DNA from: Botryllus schlosseri
Taxonomy: Eukaryota
DNA: 64,000 nt
NCBI GenBank assembly: GCA_051294905.1
Contig: CM119372.1
Location: forward strand, 30,256,001-30,320,000
Reading direction: 5' to 3'
Below the pieces are notes generated by a model. That model had not been told where the DNA came from. It saw only the letters and a list, made by a program, of their open reading frames with translations, and searched no databases. This document shows positions 39,316 to 46,108 of the stretch, piece after piece. The position numbers were made by a program, and so were the translations under genes. Each line of letters begins with the position of its first letter. The stretch's first letter is position 1.

Positions 39316-40099
39316 GCACAGGACTGGAAATGCTAGATTATCCAGAGAAGCCTGGAAGACTAAATTAATAGGCACAGGACTGGAAATGATAGATTATCCA
39401 GAGAAGCCTGGAAGACTAAATTAATAGGCACAGGACTGAAAATGATAGATTATCCAGAGAAGCCTGGAAGACTAAATTAATAGGCACAGGACTGGAAATG
39501 ATAGATTATCCAGAGAAGCCTGGAAGACTAAATTAATAGGCACAGGACTGGAAATGCTAGATTATCCAGAGAAGCCTGGAAGACTAAATTAATAGGCACA
39601 GGACTGGAAATGATAGATTATCCAGAGAAGCCTGGAAGACTAAATTAATAGGCACAGGACTGGAAATGCTAGATTATCCAGAGAAGCCTGGAAGACTAAA
39701 TTAAAAGGCACAGGACTGGAAATGCTAGATTATCCAGAGAAGCCTGGAAGAATAAATTAATAGGCACAGGACTGGAAATGCTAGATTATCCAGAGAAGCC
39801 TGGAAGACTAAATTAATAGGCACAGGACTGGAAATGCTAGATTATCCAGAGAAGCCTGGAAGACTAAATTAATAGGCACAGGACTGGAAATGCTAGATTA
39901 TCCAGAGAAGCCTGGAAGACTAAATTAATAGGCACAGGACTGGAAATGCTAGATTATCCAGAGAAGCCTGGAAGACTAAATTAATAGGGACAGGACTGGA
40001 ATGCTAGATTAACCAGAGAAGCCTGGAAGACTAAGTTAATGGGCACGGGACTAAAAATGCTAGATTTTTCAGAGAAGCCTAGAAAACTAAATTGATAGG
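39316..40099. repeat. 56-bp tandem array, 14 copies
   Basis: Unit GCACAGGACTGGAAATGCTAGATTATCCAGAGAAGCCTGGAAGACTAAATTAATAG at exact 56-bp spacing from 39316; last two copies decayed. Confidence 0.97.
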
Positions 40100-40714
40100 G
40101 CTGACTGATAAAGTTTTAGGGTACACTCAATGATTATAGGCATCCCTATCTGGTTTAAATAAACTATGTTTATTAAAGAAATAATATATAACCTTAATAA
40201 ATAGATATATATGATAGCCTATATGTGTGGTAATAATGATGTATATACAATCGGAATATAATAGTATGGTAATTAGGTTAGAAAAGACCCTAGAACACAT
40301 AGGAAAGTGTACTACAAATAATATGATCTGAAAAATGGCAAATAAATTGGCCCCATCCACACATTTGTTTTCCGAAACAGATGTGTCGATGATCAAGAAC
40401 CACGTTAGTCATAGGTCCGCCCTGTCGACACATTCGTTTTACGAAGCGGGTGTGTCCACCGTTTGTTATATCGATATCTGTACATGATTTGGGACAATAT
40501 CATTTTAACGAGTTAATTTTTGTGCTATAGACGTAGGCATAAATTGCGTCATGAAGTACAAGTGTACATTCTCATTTTCGAAATTATAAGACAGATCAAA
40601 TACGATATCAAGATATTCTACACACCCGTGTAGTTAAGCTATCGTATTAAGCGATGACGGACATATTAATTCATTCCGCACGAGTTTGTCGAAAGCCGGC
40701 TCCGTCAAGCACTA

Positions 40715-41047
40715 ATGTACCGAGAGGACAACGAGTTATACAAGAAGATGGAATCACCACTCCACGATATCGCGATTCTCCTGGACAAAACGGCACCTAT
40801 ATTCCACCTTGCAATCGCCGAAATAGAAACGCAAATACGCGTCGCTCGAACCAGATTGTCAGAGGAAGATGCTAAGAGGATACAGTTGGACAACATAAGA
40901 TTTAGCAGAAGACACATAGAAAGGAGCCACCAGCAGACGATGAAATATTCATTTCACTGTGAACGATGTCGTACAAGACCCTTTGATACTACTCGATATA
41001 GTGCCAGTCGATTCAAATACACAGACTGCGCAACAGTCAAAGAGTAG
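40715..41047 (+). CDS. Helical 110-aa ORF, possibly the frameshifted N-terminal part of the RING gene
   Basis: Open frame with coiled-coil-like IAEIETQIRVARTRLSEEDAKR; overlaps the RING ORF, which lies in the +1 frame. Confidence 0.4.
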   Translation: MYREDNELYKKMESPLHDIAILLDKTAPIFHLAIAEIETQIRVARTRLSEEDAKRIQLDNIRFSRRHIERSHQQTMKYSFHCERCRTRPFDTTRYSASRFKYTDCATVKE

Positions 41048-41306
41048 GCTGGGCAACTCTGTTTATGCTAGAAACAGAATGGGGACGCCATCAATATTAG
41101 AAATAGCATATGTTGAAGAAATTGCTGAGAATCTGATGGTCATACAAGAAACCATACTTTGCAAACAATACAAAAATAATAGGAGCGAAATTACCCTGAT
41201 CCCCTGTGGACATCTGGGTCTGTGTCAAGAATGTTCGTCCGATGCTGAGCGCTGCATATTCTGCTATGGGAAAATATCGCAAAAGATCAAAGTGTATGGA
41301 GCTTGA
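40959..41306 (+). pseudogene. C-terminal IAP/Mdm2/neuralized-type C3HC4 RING, second Cys replaced by Tyr
   Basis: CKQY-x9-PCGH-x2-LC-x2-C-x6-C-x2-C..I..KIKVY*; TAC is one base from TGC. Confidence 0.75.
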
Positions 41307-42204
41307 CGGTGCAGGCAAGACTTACGTATTTCTGTCTATTGGACTGGCAACAAGGTAGTACTGTGTAATGACGCTTTAGTTCGCTTTAATATGTTCAAAT
41401 ACTGTAATCGCTATGTTCTTGATAATTACTATCAGGTTGCATTAAATGGCGCTAACATTTTCATGCCCTGAACATAGTTTAGAGTTAATGGACATTTATT
41501 ATGTGAATAGTAAGTTGTCGCTGCATAATTGCATTTGTAGTTGACTGAGGGTGAGGTCATATTACTACGTATTGAATCATTGCGTGATGTACTGGTATGT
41601 GTATATTGTTGTTCACACACATATTTGGGTCGCCGATTAATCGAGTGGTACATGATTAATATATATTTGTTTGTTTTGTGTTAACCGTATTGATGTAAAC
41701 TATTAATAATAGTGCATGACGATAGCAGGGTTTGACTAAGTGAGACTTGTGACTAACTACCATATATGTAAATAGCTGGGCCCTGTAGGGATAACTAGGG
41801 TGTATGTGTAAACGACATTAAATTAGGAAATTACTTGTCCTTGACACGTTGTTTAATGTCACAAGTTACTAAAATAAATACCCCACCCTACAATAACGTC
41901 ACAGATTCTCTACAAAGTCAAACCTGTTACAATGAGTGTTTATAATATTCTCTGTTGTACCGTCTCGTACAGTAAGGCGTTATAACCGACCACGCCGTAT
42001 GTTAGTGTCGGGACCCTTCACCCTAACGGGATAGAAGTTTAGGATTCGTGGTAAATCAGATCTATGGTCTGTGAGACACGGTACATACGAATGAATAAAA
42101 AGCTTAAAACACCAGTACCATCGAACCCAGAGATATAGTAGATTGTGATCAAAATACTATTGTTATTGAGTGTTGTGTAATGACACAATATTTCATGAAT
42201 GAAT

Positions 42205-42314
42205 TTTTCGGCAGGATAGGCCGTCACATGAATTATATGTGTAAACCAACCTTGGAGCTGCTTTTCGGCAGGACAGGCCGTCGCATGAATTATATGCGTA
42301 AACAAACCTTGGAG
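42205..42314. repeat. Two-copy 57-bp direct repeat
   Basis: TTTTCGGCAGGAYAGGCCGTCRCATGAATTATATGYGTAAACMAACCTTGGAG at 42205 and 42262. Confidence 0.9.
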
Positions 42315-42699
42315 TATTGAGAATGTTTAATAATCGTGCATGTTGATGAATAGGTTCAGATAAAACTTGTAATATAATTGAAGCGTGTTTACCAATTTGA
42401 TCGGGTTTAACACATAGAGACCTCATTCATCTTTGCATGATTAATTGATTGGAGTATTTGGTTGTATTAAGATTTAGCTTACTAGTTATACCAGTGTAGT
42501 TTTAAGTTCTGGACCTGGAGGTCATTGTCTGATTGGATCCAGCTGCTGCTACCCTTACCACTGCTTCGATCACCATTTGTGGATGCTACAAGGTCACAAC
42601 ATCAACACAGATAGGGAAAACCAACACTGTGAAGTAAAATCGAACCAAGTGTGGACTCTCGCAGTAACAAGCGTTGCTGGAGCTGCACTATAAACGTAC

Positions 42700-42720
42700 T
42701 GGAGGCACCAAGCTGGGATT
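42700..42720 (+). promoter_or_regulatory. Primer-binding site complementary to the tRNA-Thr(AGU) 3' end
   Basis: TGGAGGCACC(AA)GCTGGGATT versus the recalled reverse complement of vertebrate tRNA-Thr-AGT plus CCA, TGGAGGCACCGCTGGGATT; 2-nt bulge; 440 nt before gag. Confidence 0.7.
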
Positions 42721-42751
42721 ATTACTTCCGGTGTAGCACGTTGACCTATAA

Positions 42752-42961
42752 ATGTGTTCAAAGACGACCATCGTTAAAACTGCATTGGTCGTGGCCCTGA
42801 TTGCGTCTGTAATTTCATTGTTAGTTACGTTGTCACCAGTATATCTACATTTGGTACCGGGGTTTTCTTCAACTACAGTTCCGATTGGAAACGGAAGACC
42901 TAACAACGGAGTTACAACATCGTCCCCAACTCTTATTGGCTCGCAAAACATATCTGCATGA
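42752..42961 (+). CDS. ORF0: N-terminal signal/anchor plus Ser/Thr-rich tail (69 aa; the frame stays open 52 more codons after TGA)
   Basis: Hydrophobic ALVVALIASVISLLVTL; frame reopens to TAA at 43118-43120. Confidence 0.4.
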   Translation: MCSKTTIVKTALVVALIASVISLLVTLSPVYLHLVPGFSSTTVPIGNGRPNNGVTTSSPTLIGSQNISA

Positions 42962-43141
42962 CGCCAATTTATCATTACTAAAGACTCGCTTTCTAAACTT
43001 TTGGAGTTCGAGACTAACGACCACAACTCATCACTCGGAACAACACCGCGGCCTACCTTGGACGACCCGACCATCTCCAGCGTAAAGCAGGCCCTCGAAA
43101 ACTCTACTACGGGTCTATAAATCAAATCTATTACTATTGCC

Positions 43142-46087
43142 ATGCGAAGAATCTTGAAACTATTTAAAAAGAAGAAACCAACGGAGGCATCGGCGGAGCT
43201 AAAGCAGGGAATCCGACTGCTTAAATATACCCAAAAGCGTCACGAAGATTTGCGAGACCACGAGAGGCAATACGCTAAAGATGTGGCCGACCAGACAAGA
43301 GTCCTACAGGAGGTCAAAACGACCCTGCCTGAGGCAGTGAAGGAGCTGGAAAAAGCAAGAAAAGACGTCCGGCGGGCTCAAGCTGACCTGAAGGCCGTTT
43401 GTGACGCCACTTCAAAAATTACTAGAAAGGTTTCCCCTGACGTATTAAACGAGATCTTGCAGACTGAATTCGAGCTGGGTAAAGCCTATACGCAGGTGGT
43501 AGGAGAGAAACCGCCTCCTCCTTCCGCCCTGGCTGTCGTACCCTCAGCGCCTCTCCCGGCCTATGATCCACCAGCTATCCGTATGGTCAGGGAGACTCAA
43601 CCTATGCCCACCTTCACCGTGAAAAAGGGGCTGCATTGTCATACAGTAACGGCGGTCTACCCTACGCACCCAGACGCGAAGGCTGATGCCCCATCTCGAC
43701 CGACACCGGTTGCCCGTTCACTGATGGCTCCAATCTTTAGAACAAAAGGGAATATGCACCCGGCGATGAAGACCAAAGATGCTGCTAACACGCCCATGGC
43801 ATATTGGACACCTACGGGAGTGGCGACAGGAGGACCGATGAGACTGGAACGCGAAACAGACTCTGAATTGGACAGTAAACATCTGCCCTCATTCCGGAAA
43901 CTGGTGTCGAGATCTCGAGATGCGAAGGGTCAGCGGCGGGACATTGACAAGTTGGGTGATGCTGGGACACGAAGTAGTCGGGCAAGAAAGTCGCCGAGCG
44001 ACGCTGAGCACGTCATTTTCCGTGGAGAAGGGGAGGAGTATGATGAACGAGACTCGGAGGGTCAACCAGAAGATTCTGATTCTGAAAGTGCGACGACATC
44101 CCGACTGCAGAGGCTTGTACAGCAAATGGAATCCACACAGGACACCCTCCGGGAAGCTACTCGAAATGCTTTCCTTGGAGATAGTGGCGCTTCCCGAGAA
44201 ATTCTCCGTGGTCCTGAGTATTACGATGCGGGCTATCTTCCAAATGGCCGGGGGAATCCTGGAATGCCGCGTTTCGCATCTACTCCAGATGACAGTGATG
44301 ATGGCCGCCCAATTCAGCCGCTCTCGCGACAGATGGAGGTAATAGTAAACCCAACGCTAACTGCACCTGTTAGATTTCAGTCCGAAAAGGAAACGATACA
44401 GTTGATAATGGATCCGGGGGACATGCCTCTTCTCAAATGGATGGAGAACACAATGAGGCGAATTCACCACGGTGAAGGTAATACTGATGCTGATATAATA
44501 TTGATGAATGCAATGCAAAAGAAATTGAAGAATGCGGGGCGTTACAAACAAGCTGATCAACTTGGAAACTTCTTCAACACAAACTCAGGAAACGCCAGCT
44601 GGGAATCCGTTATGAGGTCGCTATCACTTTCCAACCCGCAAGGAATTGTGAACAATGAAAGAATTCTCAACGATTTCCGAAGAAATTATCATTGGGAAGA
44701 TGAACCCCTTCCTCTACTTAACAGCGCCCTGAAACCACTAGAGATAGACATGGACGATCTAGTTTTGGATAATCCGGACGGGCTGCGACTCTTCCGCAAT
44801 TTGAGACAGCAGCTGCCGGAAGCACTCAGGTTGATTATTCGAGGGTGGGAAGAACACACCTGGCGGAAAGTCGCAGAAGAACTACAACTGTTCTGGAATT
44901 CGGAATTCCAAGATGAACAGGAATCGAGTCCGACGTCTCAGAGAACCCGAAGAACGCAGAAGAACGAGTCGCCCTTGCCGCCTGTACATATCTATAATGT
45001 ACAGCCAGCTGGGCCTGTGGTACATAGCTATCCGACTCACCCTAACGGAGATGGACAACGGGAAATACCTCTACAGCCTACTTCCTCGTCATCACATCTT
45101 CCGCCGGAATTCGACGCAACGCCACCTCGACCTCCCAGAATCATCCCTTTACAGCCTATCAAGAATATAGGACAGGTTACACAACTACGCCGAAATCCTG
45201 TTCGCAACGCAAGATTAAACCGGCCCCCTACTAACGTATCGAGTGGTATCGAGCCAGGCAGACGAGCGCAAACTACTAGGAAAATGCTGGAACGAAAACA
45301 GAATGTACAAGGCGCCTCTGCCGGACCCGATACCCAACCTCTACATATTTCAGGGTCAGCACAATCCGGTCAACAACCAGGAACTTCAAGCCAAAGAAGC
45401 CCACGAACGGAAGGAACACAAGATTCTGGAGTGGGACCAGATAATACGCAAATCACTCCGTCAAACAGTCAGGAGGCTCGCCACATCGCGGAAAGCCAAG
45501 GTGAGAGGTACAATTTCCTTAGAAATGGTAATATATTTGCCCCATTAGGTTTGTATTTGAATCCTTCCCAGGGCCAGGCCCTTTCGGTATGTTATTATTG
45601 TAAGGCTCCCGGACACCAATCCCGGAATTGCATTGCCAAGTTTATCCTTTGGCTAAACAATGAGGTACTCTCTAGAGATAGCGAATTGGGGTGGGCAATC
45701 CGTAAACGGGTCCGACCGGTACCGCAGCGTATTAAGGAATCCGCTGAACGCAACTGGCGTCCGTTCCTTACTACCCATGGATTATTGACGATTTCAGACC
45801 TTGATCGGTATCTCATATCCCATGGTTCTCCCCCGTTGGCAGAAAGAACGAATCTATGTGAGGCCTATTATGATAGTATACCTAAAAACAGAGATAGAAC
45901 CCACTGGCACGATAGGGGCCAATGGGGTCCCAGGGGGCCACCCGCGAATCCAATTCCTAATAACGGCCAAGTAAACTGGATTGCGCCTTCATATAGACAA
46001 GAGCCGCGCCAATATGCCACCTCTTTCTGGACAGATGAGGAATTAGAACAAGGCTTACGCGTTTCAAAAAACGGTTGGGGGCGCTGA
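43142..46087 (+). CDS. gag: Gag-like polyprotein (981 aa)
   Basis: Basic N-terminus and coiled coil; PSAP at aa 134-137; helical Trp-containing capsid-like block at about aa 420-590; CYYCKAPGHQSRNC (CX2CX4HX4C) at 45590-45631. Confidence 0.85.
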   Translation: MRRILKLFKKKKPTEASAELKQGIRLLKYTQKRHEDLRDHERQYAKDVADQTRVLQEVKTTLPEAVKELEKARKDVRRAQADLKAVCDATSKITRKVSPDVLNEILQTEFELGKAYTQVVGEKPPPPSALAVVPSAPLPAYDPPAIRMVRETQPMPTFTVKKGLHCHTVTAVYPTHPDAKADAPSRPTPVARSLMAPIFRTKGNMHPAMKTKDAANTPMAYWTPTGVATGGPMRLERETDSELDSKHLPSFRKLVSRSRDAKGQRRDIDKLGDAGTRSSRARKSPSDAEHVIFRGEGEEYDERDSEGQPEDSDSESATTSRLQRLVQQMESTQDTLREATRNAFLGDSGASREILRGPEYYDAGYLPNGRGNPGMPRFASTPDDSDDGRPIQPLSRQMEVIVNPTLTAPVRFQSEKETIQLIMDPGDMPLLKWMENTMRRIHHGEGNTDADIILMNAMQKKLKNAGRYKQADQLGNFFNTNSGNASWESVMRSLSLSNPQGIVNNERILNDFRRNYHWEDEPLPLLNSALKPLEIDMDDLVLDNPDGLRLFRNLRQQLPEALRLIIRGWEEHTWRKVAEELQLFWNSEFQDEQESSPTSQRTRRTQKNESPLPPVHIYNVQPAGPVVHSYPTHPNGDGQREIPLQPTSSSSHLPPEFDATPPRPPRIIPLQPIKNIGQVTQLRRNPVRNARLNRPPTNVSSGIEPGRRAQTTRKMLERKQNVQGASAGPDTQPLHISGSAQSGQQPGTSSQRSPRTEGTQDSGVGPDNTQITPSNSQEARHIAESQGERYNFLRNGNIFAPLGLYLNPSQGQALSVCYYCKAPGHQSRNCIAKFILWLNNEVLSRDSELGWAIRKRVRPVPQRIKESAERNWRPFLTTHGLLTISDLDRYLISHGSPPLAERTNLCEAYYDSIPKNRDRTHWHDRGQWGPRGPPANPIPNNGQVNWIAPSYRQEPRQYATSFWTDEELEQGLRVSKNGWGR

Positions 46088-46108
46088 TTGATCCGGTAAA
46101 TCAGCTCC
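46066..46108 (+). promoter_or_regulatory. -1 programmed ribosomal frameshift signal
   Basis: A_AAA_AAC (46066-46072) in gag phase; after a 5-nt spacer, hairpin GGGG(C)GCUGAUU-loop-AAUCAGCUCCC; the -1 frame is open into ORF2. Confidence 0.85.

Noticed and set aside
39316-40099. CRISPR array
   Set aside because: Units are contiguous 56-bp repeats with no unique spacers; eukaryotic context with no cas genes.
42688-43143. 151-aa minus-strand ORF
   Set aside because: Antisense to PBS/ORF0 with no motif; most simply a shadow frame, though not excluded.
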